The translations under genes were made by a program, and so were the position numbers. A model generated the notes under the pieces. It was not told where the DNA came from, did no database searches, and was given only the letters and a program-made list of their open reading frames with translations. Shown one piece after another: positions 15,767 through 32,434 of a stretch of 64,000 nucleotides of DNA. Origin of the DNA: the human T2T-CHM13v2.0 reference genome, Homo sapiens; assembly GCF_009914755.1 (NCBI RefSeq), contig NC_060925.1; one strand, given 5' to 3'. Each line of letters opens with the position of its first letter. The first letter of the stretch is position 1.

Positions 15767-15884
15767 GATCGGAAACTCCATGGTACAGCTCAGCAACTGC
15801 TCCAGGACAGCAAGACAAAAATAGAAGTCATACGAATGCAGATTCTTCAGGCAGTCCAGACTAATGAATTGGCTTTTGATAATG
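15767..15884 (+). CDS. PKN2: PKN2 coding exon 4 (HR1b)
   Basis: aaatag|GATCGG...GATAATG|gtgatg; 118 nt; [39 protein letters not shown]; weak donor. Confidence 0.95.
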
Positions 15885-15896
15885 GTGATGGAATAA

Positions 15897-16299
<403 letters not shown>

Positions 16300-16835
16300 C
16301 TTTTTTTTTTTTTTAATCTTGAGTTTTAGACTCTTCACTTGGATAGATGCTTTTAGATATTTGGCCCTTATGTTTCAAGAAGATATTGATCTAGAATGTA
16401 TCTCTTCATTTAAATAGATTATCAAATACTTACAATCAGTCTTCATTTAAAAAAAAATCTGTTACCTGTTTAAGAGTATGGCTTTGTTTTCTTTTGTTTT
16501 TTTGTTTTGTTTTATTTATTTTTTAATTCCAGAAGAAATCTTTAAAGCTAGTTGCTAAGAGTAGGAGTAGAAACTTTCGGTCTCCCCATGTTACAATATT
16601 TGGATATCTTTCAGCTCTAAAATCTTTTTTTCAGATTTGTAATTTAGATGTGTAATGACAAAAATGAAAGGCTCTGAATTTCAATATCATATCAAATATT
16701 TTTATTTCAGTGTTTATTGATGTAAGGACTAAGTTATTGTAATGTTATAGGAATTCATTTCTTTTCATGATTTTAATCACTGCAAATTGGAAAGTCAGAT
16801 AAATGGTGCAATTAAAATTTTTTTTTCCTTTCTAG

Positions 16836-16981
16836 CAAAACCTGTGATAAGTCCTCTTGAACTTCGGATGGAAGAATTAAGGCATCATTTTAGGATAGAG
16901 TTTGCAGTAGCAGAAGGTGCAAAGAATGTAATGAAATTACTTGGCTCAGGAAAAGTAACAGACAGAAAAGCACTTTCAGAA
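16836..16981 (+). CDS. PKN2: PKN2 coding exon 5 (HR1c)
   Basis: ttctag|CAAAACCT...TCAGAA|gtaatt; 146 nt; [49 protein letters not shown]. Confidence 0.97.
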
Positions 16982-17077
16982 GTAATTTTAAATAAAAATT
17001 TTTATTTGGTTTAATAAATACATTATTCAAAGTATGTGATTATTTAAATGACAACAATTGTCTTTTCCCTGTGCAAG

Positions 17078-17294
17078 GCTCAAGCAAGATTTAATGAATC
17101 AAGTCAGAAGTTGGACCTTTTAAAGTATTCATTAGAGCAAAGATTAAACGAAGTCCCCAAGAATCATCCCAAAAGCAGGATTATTATTGAAGAACTTTCA
17201 CTTGTTGCTGCATCACCAACACTAAGTCCACGTCAAAGTATGATATCTACGCAAAATCAATATAGTACACTATCCAAACCAGCAGCACTAACAG
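17078..17294 (+). CDS. PKN2: PKN2 coding exon 6 (end of HR1c, linker)
   Basis: gtgcaag|GCTCAA...CTAACAG|gtatgt; 217 nt; AQARFNESSQKLDLLKYSLEQ...SKPAALT; follows a 96-nt intron. Confidence 0.96.
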
Positions 17295-17384
17295 GTATGT
17301 AGTGTATAGCCATTGTTTTTTGTGTGTATTTTTGTCTATAACTGGTTCTGATTTAATAATTGAAAGAAAAACCTGTGCATAGAT

Positions 17385-18635
17385 TTTTAAAATTATGATA
17401 AGATACACATAGAATAAAATTTGTTGTATTAACCATTTTAATTTTATTCAATTTGGAAGCATTTGCTATATTCACAATATTGTGTGACCATCACCACTAC
17501 CTAGTTTCAAAGCATTTTCATCACCCCAAAAGGAAACGCATACCTGTTAAGCAGTCACTCCCCATTCCCCCTTCCTCCCAGCTGCTAGCAACTACTAATT
17601 GTCTGTCTCTACAGATTTGTCTATTCTAGATTTGTCATATGATAGAAATTATATAATTTGTGACCTTTTTTGCCTGGCTTCTTTTACTTAGCATATTGTT
17701 GTCAAGGTTCATTCATGTTGTAGTATGTATGAGTACTTCACTCACTTTTAATGTCTGAATAGTATTCCACTTGTGGGAATATTCTAAAATTCAAAACTTT
17801 TTGTGCACCCAACATGATGCTCAAAGGAAATTCTCATTGGAGCATTTTGGATTTGGGATTTCAGATTTCCAGATTAGGGATGCTTAACCAGTAAGTATAA
17901 TATAATATAAACATTCCAAAATCTGAGATACTTCTGGTCCCAAGGATTTCAGATAAGGAATACTCAACCTATACTATATTTGATTGACCTATTTGTCAGA
18001 GCATATGAGTTCTTTTTACCTTTTGACTGTTGTGAGTAGACTGCTATGAACATTTACGTGCAGGTTTTTGCTTGAACATCTGTTTTCAATTTGGGGGTAT
18101 ATTCCTAGGAATATAATTGCTAGGTCATATGGTAGCTATATCTAAGATTTTGAGGAACTGTCAAACTGTTCTTCTCAGCATTTACATTATTTTATACTTC
18201 TAACAGTAATGTATAAAGTGGGTTTCAGTATCTCCAGATCCTCACCAACAGTTAATATTTTTTTTCATTCTTCTTTGATCGTGTTCTAATAGGTCCATTA
18301 TTGGAAGTATGGTAATATATCTAACTATGTCTGTAGAACTGTCTGTATTTCTCCCTTCAGTTATGTAAATTTTTGTTTCCTATATTGTGGGCTGTTTTGC
18401 TAGGTTCATGTATGTTTACAATTTTTATATCTTCTAGACGGATTGACTCCTTTACCTTTACCTTAACTCCTTTATAATGTCCTTCTTTGTCTCCTATAAC
18501 AATATTTAATTTAAAATCTGTTTTGTCTGATTTTATAACAGCTACCCCTACTTTGTTTTGGTTTTGTCTTTGGGTTCAAATGAGTCTCTTTTAGATTATA
18601 TATTATTGTATTCTGTTTTATAAGATCCATTCTGT
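17385..18635 (-). mobile_element. L1M 3'/ORF2 fragments (interrupted by Tigger4)
   Basis: CATCACCCCAAAAGGAAAC and TGGCTTCTTTTACTTAGCATA L1MB-type motifs. Confidence 0.7.
17783..17972 (-). mobile_element. Tigger4/MER46 fragment
   Basis: GATGCTCAAAGGAAATTCTCATTGGAGCATTTTGG...GATAAGGAATACTCAACCT. Confidence 0.8.
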
Positions 18636-18639
18636 CAGT

Positions 18640-19011
18640 CTTTTTTTTTTTTAATTCATTTTTATTGAGACAGAGTCTCACTCTCATTGCAGCCTCCCAC
18701 TCCCAGGTTCAAGCAATTCTTGTGCCTCAGCCTCCCGAGTAGCTGGGATTACAGGCATGTGCTACTGCACCTGGCTAGTTTTTGTATCTTTAGTAGAGAC
18801 AGGGTTTCACCATGATGGCCATACTGGTGTCAAACTCCTGGCCTCAAGTGATCTGCATGTGCCACTGCACCTGGCTAATTTCTGTATTTTTAGTAGAGAC
18901 AGGGTTTTACCATGATGGCCACACTGGTTTCAAACTCCTGGCCTCAAGTGATCTGCCTGCCTTGGGCTCCCAGAGTGCTGTGATTACTGGTGTGTGCCTC
19001 CACATCTGACC
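18640..19011 (-). mobile_element. Alu with internal 100-bp tandem duplication
   Basis: 18755-18854 repeated at 18855-18954. Confidence 0.9.
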
Positions 19012-19030
19012 AGTGTTTGCTGTTTATTTA

Positions 19031-19216
<186 letters not shown>

Positions 19217-19240
19217 AACATTTAAAGTAATTACAGACAG

Positions 19241-20007
19241 GATGTAATAATCCTGGTGGTAACTACTGAGAGGTAGGTTAAATTTAATAGGTTTGTAGCA
19301 CAGTCCCCCCACAAAACTGCCATCACTTCATAAGCAAGCAGCAAATTTAGAGTTTCCAAGGCTACATGCACTCCTGACCAACTGTCTACAGATTCCAGGA
19401 TTTCTACTAGCATCTCAGCTCAGTAATTTGCAGGAACAAATCATAGAACTCAGGGAAGCACTATACTTAGGATTACGTTTTTATTATAAAGGATACAAAT
19501 TAGGACCTTCATGGCTCACTGCAGCGAAAAGAAAATAAACATAAAGGGGGAGATCTGAGAGGATCTCAAACACAAACCTTATGTGTCCTTAGGATATATC
19601 ACCCTCCTAACACATCAATGTCTGTCACCAACCAGGAAGTTCACTTGAGCATTGGGTGTGCAGAATTTTCATTGGGGCTTTGTTAACATAGGTGTGATTG
19701 AGTGAATCATTGGCCACATGATTGAATTCAATCTCCAGCCTTGTGCCCCTCCCTAGGTCAGGAGGTCAGACTGATAATGTGGCTCAAAGCCTCAACCTCC
19801 TGAAGATATGATCATTCTTTCTGGCATGGCCAGCCCCCATCCTGAAACTGTCTAGAGGCCCACCATGAGTCACCTTACCAGGTGTGGTCTAAGGTATCCA
19901 CTATGAATAACAAAGGCACGCCTATCACTGGGGGAAATTCCAAAGGTTTAGACTTAGAGGCTGTCTTCCAGAAACCAGGGACAAAAACCAGCCAAATTAT
20001 ATACAAC
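19241..20007 (-). mobile_element. MER21-like LTR
   Basis: CCTATCACTGGGGGAAATTCCAAAGGTTT and CAGAAACCAGGGACAAAAACCAG motifs. Confidence 0.72.
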
Positions 20008-20121
20008 AAAAGGGCTTATTTCTGTCATTTTGCGGGTTTTTTTTTTTATGCAAGTGTTTATCTTTTTTTCTCTGAGTTCTAGTACTACCTTCTTTTGGTT
20101 TTGATTGAATTTTTCTACTCT

Positions 20122-20423
20122 GTTTTTATTTACTTATTTTTGAGACAGGATCTCTCTTTGTTGCCCAGGCTGGAGTACAGTGGTATGATCATAGCTCACT
20201 GTAACCTCAAACATCTGGGCTCAAGCAATCCTCCTGCCTCAACCTCCTGAGTAGCTAGGAGTACGGGAACGTGCCACCACACCTAGCTAATTTTTAGTTT
20301 TTTGCTAGCAATGGCGTCTCACTGTGTTGCTCAGGCTTGTCTCAAACTCCCGGCCTCAAGTCATCTTCCCACCTCAGACTTCCAAAGTGTTGGGATTATA
20401 GGTGTGAGCCACTATGCCCAGCC
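20122..20423 (-). mobile_element. AluJ
   Basis: Diverged antisense dimer. Confidence 0.9.
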
Positions 20424-20486
20424 TCTATTCTTACTTTTCTTATTCCCTTCTTGCTCCCTTTTATGAGATAGATAGATATATATATT

Positions 20487-20679
20487 CTCCCACCTCAGCC
20501 TCCCTAGTAGCTGGGAGTACAGGTGCACACCACCACGCTCAGCTTATTTTATTTTTTTTGTAGAGATGGGGTTTCTCTGTGTTGCCCAGGCTGGTCTTCA
20601 ACTCCTGGGCTCGAGCAATCTGTCCACCTTGGCCTCCCAAAGTGCTAGGATTACAGGCATGAGCTACTTATGCCTGGTC
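20487..20679 (-). mobile_element. AluJ, partial
   Basis: Left arm plus part of right arm. Confidence 0.85.
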
Positions 20680-21238
20680 TTTCACTAAATCTTGAACTCC
20701 TCGCAACCACTCACCTCACTTCCTCCGTAGTTTTGCCTTTTCCACAATGGTCATACAGTTGGAATCTTAACAGTATGTAGCCTTTTCACATTGGTTTCTT
20801 TCACTTAGTAATATGCATTTAAGTTTCCTCTATGTCTTTCCATGCTTTGATAGCTCATTTTTGGTTTTGTGCTGAATAATACTCTATTGTGTGGATGTAC
20901 CATAATTTATTTATTCATTCATTTACCGAAGGACTTCTTGGTTGCTTCCAGGTTTTGGCAGTTATGTATCAAGCTGTTATAAACATCCATGTGCGGGTTT
21001 ATTATTTTCTTAGTGATTACCCCAATGATTATAACTAATGTCCTAAATTTATTATAATCTTATCTTTAGTAGCCTACAAAAAACTCTTTGACTGTGCCCT
21101 TGTTATATTGTCACAAACTCTCTTTATGCACCATATACCCATTAACATAGGCTATAAATATTGTTTTATGCATTAGTCTTTTAAATCATAAAGGAAACAA
21201 AAAGAAGAGTTACTTAAAATACAGAAATATTGGCTTCT

Positions 21239-21693
<455 letters not shown>

Positions 21694-21870
21694 TCATTTC
21701 AATCTAAAAGGCTTCTTTAGCATTTCTTATGGGCGGGTCTCCTAGTGTCTACCTCCCTTAGCTTTTGTTATCTAGGAATCTCTTTCTTTTCTTTTTTTGA
21801 ATGATAGTTTGGTATATATATAGAATTCTTGGCTGGCAATTTTGTTTTTTTCCAGCACTTAAAAAAATGT

Positions 21871-23050
<1,180 letters not shown>

Positions 23051-23056
23051 ATATAT

Positions 23057-23705
23057 TGTACACCAAAATAAAATTCTAAGCCACCCAACTAAATGAATGG
23101 ACCCCCTCCTCTCAGCCAATGGCATTCTAAAGTAAACCTGAAACACTAGTTCAGGTCGTGCTGGGAATGGGTGGTTTGGACATGCCTCATTATGCCTTCC
23201 TCCCTTTGGAATTCAGGTACTGCAGACCAGCATTAACATCAAAACAGAGACCTTAAGACTGACTGAACAGACTCTTTCAGTAGATAAGAAACATTTACAG
23301 TCTCTTCTTTCTGAAGCCTGCTATCTGGAGGTTTCATCTACAAAATGAGAACCTGGGTCTCCACAACCCCTTATCTTAACAGCACTCTTACAATACTCCC
23401 TTGTATTGATTCCAGGTCTTTAGATAAACTCTTTCTACCAGTTGCCAATCAGAAGATCTCTGAATCCACCCGTGACCTGAAAATCCCTACTTCGAGTTGT
23501 CCATCTTTTCTGGACCCAACTAATGTACCTTTTACATGTATTGATAGATGGCTTATGTCTCCCTAAAATGTACAAAACCAAGCTGTAACCCAACCACCTT
23601 GGGCACGTGTTGTCAGGACCTCCTGAGGCTGTGTCACGTATATCCTTAATCTTGGCAAAATAAACTTCTAAATTGAGACCTGTCTCAGATACTTTTTGGT
23701 TTACT
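23057..23705 (+). mobile_element. MER4-group ERV1 solo LTR
   Basis: TGTACACCAAAATAAAATTCTAAGCC...CAGATACTTTTTGGTTTAC; 4-bp TSD ATAT. Confidence 0.85.
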
Positions 23706-23916
23706 ATATAGTCATCTGGTGTTTCAACAGACATTTCCTTTAATTCCTGAAGAAGAAAAGATTGCCTAGTCTTTGCAGCTGGGCCCTGTGCTTGAGCACT
23801 CACCCAGACACTTTACAACTCTGCATTTGCTTTGTGCAGAGCTTGAGAGTCAACCATAGGTTAGAGCTTAGGGTGTTCTCAGATCTCTTCCGAGGATGCC
23901 TCTTGCTTGCACCTAG

Positions 23917-24437
<521 letters not shown>

Positions 24438-25239
24438 AAAGATTTTCTAGTTACGTGAAATAATGGCAAGCTGTTGGTGTTAGTATTTTAGGGAGCCCTC
24501 AGACAGGTCAAAGCAGGTGACCACAATTATTTGAGAAAAAGATCTTCTCTGCTCCCTCCTTACAGCAGGCTGCCATCTTCAATACTGCCCCCAAGGTATT
24601 GGGAGTGAAGGGAGGGATGAGGCAAAGGTAAGTTGAAAACTCCACAGAGCTCTCCGGAGTGTCCCTTGCTTTTTGGATTTTGATTAAACATTTGCTTATT
24701 TGTAGTAAACCTTTGAATGTTTTCCAGAGTTCTGATAAACTCAGTTCTGAAAGTTTCTGTCAGTTTCTTTTTCTGTTTCTGTGAAGAGACTGTCTTTGTA
24801 CTTTTTTTTTTTTAGGATTCATTACATATATCTTTTTAAAAAACAATTTCACAAGGCCAGATTTATTAAAGGAATATACTTTATTCTGCAATTATGTCCA
24901 TCCTAGATACTAGATACTATGTGATCTGATCTGTACCACATGAGGACCTTCTTACTCCATCATTTTCTCTGACATCACCTACAAAGGCTTCTTTTTTATG
25001 GACCATGTGAATATGACATATTTTTGTTACACAGACTTTCCAGAATCCTTTAATTTTCTTATAAATATTAATGCCAACAAACCTTAAAATTTTTGAGGTT
25101 ATGAAAGTGTTCTTCAATATTGCATAGCATACTATCACATTCCGGTTGTTAAAGAGTATCATTAATCAGTTTTATTCTGTGTTAAACTTATACATCAAAA
25201 CATGAAGGACAAATTTACAGTTAAACTTCGCTGTTGCCA

Positions 25240-25829
25240 CTAATTAGGATCAGTCTAAATGTGCAGTTCACAAATTGAGTGCTTAAATCTGAGGCAACCT
25301 GGGATACCAAAGTGAATTCACAGGGCCACATCAGGATTTTGTTTTTGAGGGATGCACAGCATTATCTGTACTTCATGTAGTCACCATTCAGACTACTAGC
25401 TCAAGGTAGTTACAGTTTCAGGGTTAGGTGGAGCTACATTCCTTTCAGTGATGTTGTGTATTTATGAAGCTGGGTTTTCCTCAATTGCTGTGATTTTGGT
25501 TTTTTAAAGTGCTGTGTGAAATCAGTGTGGAATAGGAAATCAGTGTGGTAGTTTCCAAACTGATTCCAAAGCTTTAGAGTTATACAGTGCCCAAAAAGAA
25601 GTAATCTTGCTTAAGAATGAAATGAAAATACTTTTTCTTTTAGTTATATGTATTTTTTTTCAAATAGCTATTAATTTGTTAGGAAAGCAATCATATCCTA
25701 TGTTTGGACCTAACTGTTTAATCAACAAAACTATAAGGTATATCTTTTGGCCTAGGGACACAGTTAAAAAATAGTTTAATAAAACATTAGGGCACCATGA
25801 ACTGAGAAAGCTTGGGAACCTCTGATCTA
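25240..25829 (+). mobile_element. hAT-Charlie fragment
   Basis: TATTTATGAAGCTGGGTTTTC resembles the hAT dimerisation-domain codons; terminus TTGGGAACCTCTG. Confidence 0.55.
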
Positions 25830-27379
25830 ATTCTTTCATATTGATAACTATTTATCTTTCCAGTCATATCTGTGTAACTCCTATCATGAATATTCTGTCA
25901 TAAACTGGTTTGTGCCCAGTGCCTCCCCTACCTTGCTTAAATGTCTTTGCCTTAGTATTCATCTTCTTATATGTATTTTTAAATCAAAACTGGAATATAG
26001 ACCTGTAAAGAGCAAAGACCTTGTCATCTACCTACATATAATCCTAGCCTCCAGCACAGGATATTTGATACATTCAACAAGTACTTGGTAAATAGTATCT
26101 GACAATTAGGCAGGGACTATACTGCAGGCAAGGACTGTACTTATTGTCTGCTAAGTTTCACCACCTTTTGGCTCAATGCTGAACACATTGTTGATACTCA
26201 AGCATTTCTGAATGATCCATTGATTAAAATAAGGTTGTCAAATATTTTGAATAACAATATTTCTAGAAAAGTAATAAAATCACATTTTAGAAACTCAGCT
26301 GATAATGACTGGAAATTTTTTTCCTTTTCTATTCTAGTCTCCTGTTCCCTCCTTTCAGTTCCTTCTTCCCCTGTTCCTCATTCCATTACTGAACTTTACT
26401 CAAAGTTATATAAGTCACCAACCTAAAAAGAAGTATCTTACAATTCTTAAGACATTTTTAAAAAATTCTTTAAGCTCCTACTGGACCATAAACTAAATTT
26501 TAAGTAACTAGGGAGAGAAATACTACTGACATTAATAGAAGACTACACATGACGAAAAGATGAACATGGATGAATAGTAAGAGCATTTGCTGTTCTGAAT
26601 TTTTCACTGCATGCTATTATTTGTGGTTCGTCTCATACTCCAGTTTCTTTTGTGGTTGTATGATTATACTACTGAAATTTGCCAGTTTGTTGCTACTTTG
26701 AATAAGGTATAATTGTTTTTTTGTTGTTTTTTCTCCATGTTTTGAGAAATTTACTAGTTTTTTATAAGAGGATATTTCTGCAGAATTAAAAAAAGTTGCC
26801 TAATCATACCATGATGAAATACTGAATTAGTGAAATAGGTATAAAATAGTTTTCCAGACAGTTGAAAGAAAATTTTTAAAGCATTTACTTGTTCTAATGC
26901 AATTCATAGTTATTACTTCTGATTACCAACATTTACTTCTTGGATTTGCTTGTTTTAAAAATTTCATATTGTGCTTTATGAATGTAGTTTTAAGCTATTT
27001 CTAATGTGTTTATATGCAATTGTGTCACCTCATAAAGAAACTTCTAGATGTTTAATAAAGAACTCCCTCTAGATTTTTTTCCTAAATGAAAGCAGGTGTT
27101 GAGCATTGTCATGTTCTGATGTATTGAAATTGCTAAAATATTTAATAAGCTACCATAGTTTGAAGTAGTAGCCAGATGTTTTCAGTTTCCCCAGGATGCA
27201 TTTTACAGTTGAGCATTTACAGTGGAAGTTAGCTAAATTTGCCAGTTTAACAACAACAAAACAAATAAGAAACACAAATTTTTTAACTCAAAATGATATA
27301 ATTAATGTGTTATCACTGTACAGTAAGATAAGATTTCCACAGTCTAGCAAAACATTATTGACACTCCACCTCCCAACGT

Positions 27380-28940
27380 TAATAGCCTTATTGAGGTATA
27401 GTTTACATACCATAGAATTCACTCATTTTAAACATACACAGTATGATTTTTTTAGTAAATGTATATGCCTATTTCACCATCATCAGTAATCCAGTTTTTA
27501 GGGCAGTTTTATTGGAGGAATAATTGACATACAAAAACTATACATATGTTAAGTGTATGGTCTTGCTTTCATTGTTTTGCATGAGAGATCTCCTGCCATC
27601 TTAATCTTTGTTCCTCTCTACGTAACATGTTTTTTTCTGGCTACTTTTAGTGTTTCTTGTTCACGACTTGTTTTGAGAAATTGGATTATGGTGTGCTTTA
27701 GTATGGCTTGCTTCTGTTTCTTTGTTTAGTGTTCTTTGAACTTCTTGGATACTTCTTGAGTTTATACTTTTCATCAAATGTGGAGAATTCATGGCCTTTT
27801 TTTTTTCTAATACATTTTGTGTCTCCGATTCTTTCTGCTCTCTCTTAATGAGGAATTTCAGTTACACATATATGGCCACTTGAAGTTAAACTCACAGTTA
27901 ATATATGCACTGTTCTTTGTTTATTCTCAAGTCTTTCTTTAGTGTCTTCTATTTTTGATAATTTCTTTGCTGTGTCTTCAAGGACACTAATCTTTTCTTT
28001 TGCAATGTTTAATCTGCCTGCAGTCCCATCCAGTGTATTTTTTTTTTAATCTCAGATATTGCCATTTTTTAATCACTAGAAATTTGGTTTAAGTCTTTTT
28101 CATTTCTTCCATGTGTCTGTGCCACATTTTCAGTAGATTGACTGTTTTGATGTCCTTGCCTTCTAACCCTAACATTTATGTCAGTTAAGCCACTAAGCTT
28201 GTAATAATTTGTAACGCAACCATAGAAAGCAAATACACCTGGTAATCTTTGAGTAGATGCAGACATTGTGAATTTTACCTTGCTGGATGCTGAATATTTT
28301 TGTATTTCTATAAATGTTCTTGAGCTTTGTTCTAGGACACAGTTACTTGGAAACAATATGACCCTTTTGGGTACTGCTTTTAAGATTTGTTATGTGAAAC
28401 AAGCATCATTTAGTTTAGGGGTAATTATTCTCTACTGCTGGGGCAAGACTCTTCTGGATATTTTCTTCAGTGCCTCATGAATTGAGATTTTCAAGCCTGG
28501 CTGGTGGTAACAAACACTATTCCTACCTATATGCACTGAGTATTGTTCTTTCTAACTTTTTCAGTGGGTTCTTTCCCCTGCCTCAGATATTTTCTTCATA
28601 GGCAGGTGCTGATTAGTACTTTGATGAATACTTGAAAACCCTCTGACCATCTCAGGAGTTCTTTCTATGAACAGCTTTAACTGCCTTGTGAACTCTAGCT
28701 GCTTTGGTTTCCTTGTACTCTTATTTCTGTCTCTTCAACTTGGCTCCGCCTGAGTTTCCCCCTCCCTGCACTGTGTCCTAGAAACCCTTAAGACAGTAAG
28801 CTGGAGCAATCTTAGGGCTTATCTCATTTGTTTCCCATCTCTCAGGGATCACTATTCGTCTTTAACCTTTTTCATATATTTTGTCTGATTTTCTTTTTTT
28901 GGTAGTTTGAATTGGGAAGCTTTGTTTGTTACTACTTGGA
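27380..28940 (-). mobile_element. Composite of old L1M fragments
   Basis: T-rich L1M 3'UTR and ORF1/5' motifs; boundaries approximate. Confidence 0.55.
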
Positions 28941-29238
28941 TAGAAATATATAAGTACTTCAGTGTTATTAAAAACAATTTAAAACTTTAAGTAAAATTAA
29001 GTAGTTATTTAAATTAATGGGACAACTTTTACCAGAAATATTCCTCCTAAAATGTTATTCATTGTACAGTATCTAAAATGTTAATACGGAAGCATTATTT
29101 AAATTCTAGTATACTGTGTCTAGCCCAAATAATGACAAAGCCATATATCCAGAGGACCTAACTCATAGTTCTTTATTTTCATTTTGAACACCTTTAGTAT
29201 TTATTTGCCTAAATAAATTGAAGTTATTTTATGTTTAA

Positions 29239-29827
<589 letters not shown>

Positions 29828-30053
29828 GGAGGTGCTGTTCTTTTCTATAAAATTTCTTATAGTTGTCTAAAGAATTTGTAATGATTTCTCTAATTAAAAT
29901 AGGAAAGATGATAGCTACCTCATAGATCCTCTGGGAGAAGAGTTTTTGTTACCAGATTTTTTTTTTCTTTTTTTGAATAGGTAAGAGATTTAGATTAAGG
30001 ATTCCATAGATTAAGGGTTGATGTTCTTATCTGATATTTATGTTTGCCAACAG

Positions 30054-30239
30054 GTACTTTGGAAGTTCGTCTTATGGGCTGCCAAGATATCCTAGAGAAT
30101 GTCCCTGGACGGTCAAAAGCAACATCAGTTGCACTGCCTGGTTGGAGTCCAAGTGAAACCAGATCATCTTTCATGAGCAGAACGAGTAAAAGTAAAAGCG
30201 GAAGTAGTCGAAATCTTCTAAAAACCGATGACTTGTCCA
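30054..30239 (+). CDS. PKN2: PKN2 coding exon 7 (start of C2-like domain)
   Basis: caacag|GTACTTTG...TTGTCCA|gttcagta; 186 nt; GTLEVRLMGCQDILENVPG...LLKTDDLS; donor placed by the reading frame needed for exon 8 (A|AT = Asn). Confidence 0.93.
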
Positions 30240-30551
30240 GTTCAGTAACCAGATTTTTAAAAATCATGTAACAAACTAAAGTGCTTATACAAGGGATTTA
30301 TGAAGTGTTCAAGTTGGACAAAACACTTTAAAATTATGGTTTTTATAATTTAATTAAAAAATATTAAAACCTGTGATGTCAGGAAACAAAAAGGCAACAA
30401 ATTCTGTTTTGTTGAAGATACATTAGAAAACTTAATGACAAATGACATTAGTTCTTTTGGAAGAATGAAATATTGAGCATCACTCTTATGCCAAACTGAA
30501 GGTATACAGAAGCTATGAGACTGGTCCTTCTTGTAGAATCGTATCTTGATT

Positions 30552-30839
<288 letters not shown>

Positions 30840-31518
30840 TGATTCTTTTAATGGTTTAGTGACACTTTAATAGTAACATTGAAATTTTGGTAATCTAACT
30901 GCTGATCCAGACGTGTTTACTGAGATAGTAGCCTGGTAGTCCACTGAGATGGGGGATGGTAGGGGTTGGTTTGAGGAGAGTAAAATGCAAGAGGTTTGGA
31001 AAGCACTGGGGAGAAATTCTGAAGTATAAGCATAAACTATATGTAGATGTATAACTGGGGGGAAAAGCATGTGACAGTTCAGCCTACCGTAGAATACAAA
31101 AGTGAATTTGCCTGTGCTTTCATGTGTATAGAGAGAGGCTTTAAGAAAAATAAGAAAATAAGGAATTGTTTAAGGAAACAAGCTCTATAAATATAAGATA
31201 TAGAAAGAAAAACTGATTGATATTCACACAAACAGTGTGGCAAACAACTACTATTTATCTGTTCTTTCAGTCACATGCCAATGTAAACAAAAGAGATAGC
31301 AGTCACTATTTGTGTTTTTGTCAAACAATTTGGGAGTGTCTAGTAGGAGTATATGTATCTGTAAAACTAGCCATTTAAGATTCAAAAGTTTTAATATTGA
31401 TTATGAAAAACTTTATTTTCAAAGGGTCTTAAGACTTTTATTGCTAATCAAACAGCAGTACTTCTGTTTTTTATAAAGGTTTAAAGTTTTTAAGCAAGTT
31501 TGTAAATTTTAATTACAG

Positions 31519-31628
31519 ATGATGTCTGTGCTGTTTTGAAGCTCGATAATACTGTGGTTGGCCAAACTAGCTGGAAACCCATTTCCAATCAGTCATGGGA
31601 CCAGAAGTTTACACTGGAACTGGACAGG
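31519..31628 (+). CDS. PKN2: PKN2 coding exon 8 (C2-like)
   Basis: ttacag|ATGATGTC...GACAGG|gtaaga; 110 nt; (N)[36 protein letters not shown]. Confidence 0.97.
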
Positions 31629-32316
31629 GTAAGAGGACTAACATTTTACTTGAATTTTAATTATAATTCATTTTAAATGTGAGTTATATTTTTTAGAAGG
31701 CTTCAACAAGTTGTATTCTTAACAAGAATAAAAATAGAACTTAGATTTTTTTTTTACATTTCTTATTCAATGAGTTATGCATAAATCTACCTTAATATAG
31801 AGATGAATATCAGATTGCTGTAGGATCTTTCATTTGTGTAGTAATTTGAAAATGTTTCATTCATAGCAAACTTAAAGATCAGTAAGGTGTAATATTGAAG
31901 CATATTGGTGATCTTAATGCGCTAACAGCTAAGGCGATTCTTCTGGCTCACCATGTGTAGGTTATCTTACTCGAGCTATATTTGAAATGAGCTATTAGGC
32001 TTGGTCACCCAGCCTTCTGTGTGTTTGTGTCTTTCAAGAATAATTTGAATAGCTAGAATTCAGTCTGTGGCCATAGAACCCATCAGAAGTTAACCTGGTC
32101 CACAGTAGATTTAAATCCATAGTGGTAACTTTTAGATTCAAGTCCATTCATTGGGTTGTGAGAGGAAAATATTAAAACGTAATCGTAATTTTATCTAAAA
32201 ACTAAGAAAGATACTAAACTTTTTTATTATTTGGTATTTAGGTTGATGGTATATATGTTATTCTAAAAATTAATTATGTTAAAGCAGATTTACAATGCTT
32301 AACTATGTGTGCTCTC

Positions 32317-32434
32317 AAAATGTTTTGGTGATTACTGTTCTAAGCCTCTACTTTTAAAACTGGGAAAGCATTCAATTTTAATTCTTTCCCAGTTTTAAAA
32401 GTAGAGGATAGAACAGTAATCACCAAAACATTTT
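32317..32434. repeat. Near-perfect inverted repeat (52/51-bp arms, 15-nt loop)
   Basis: 32317-32368 is the reverse complement of 32384-32434 apart from one AG/T discrepancy. Confidence 0.95.

Noticed and set aside
16982-17077. 96-nt intron 5 as an in-frame retained insert
   Set aside because: It contains an in-frame TAA (17012-17014).
23345-23803. ORFs of 73 and 122 aa on opposite strands
   Set aside because: They lie largely within the MER4-group LTR, have no splice context and resemble no protein I recognise.
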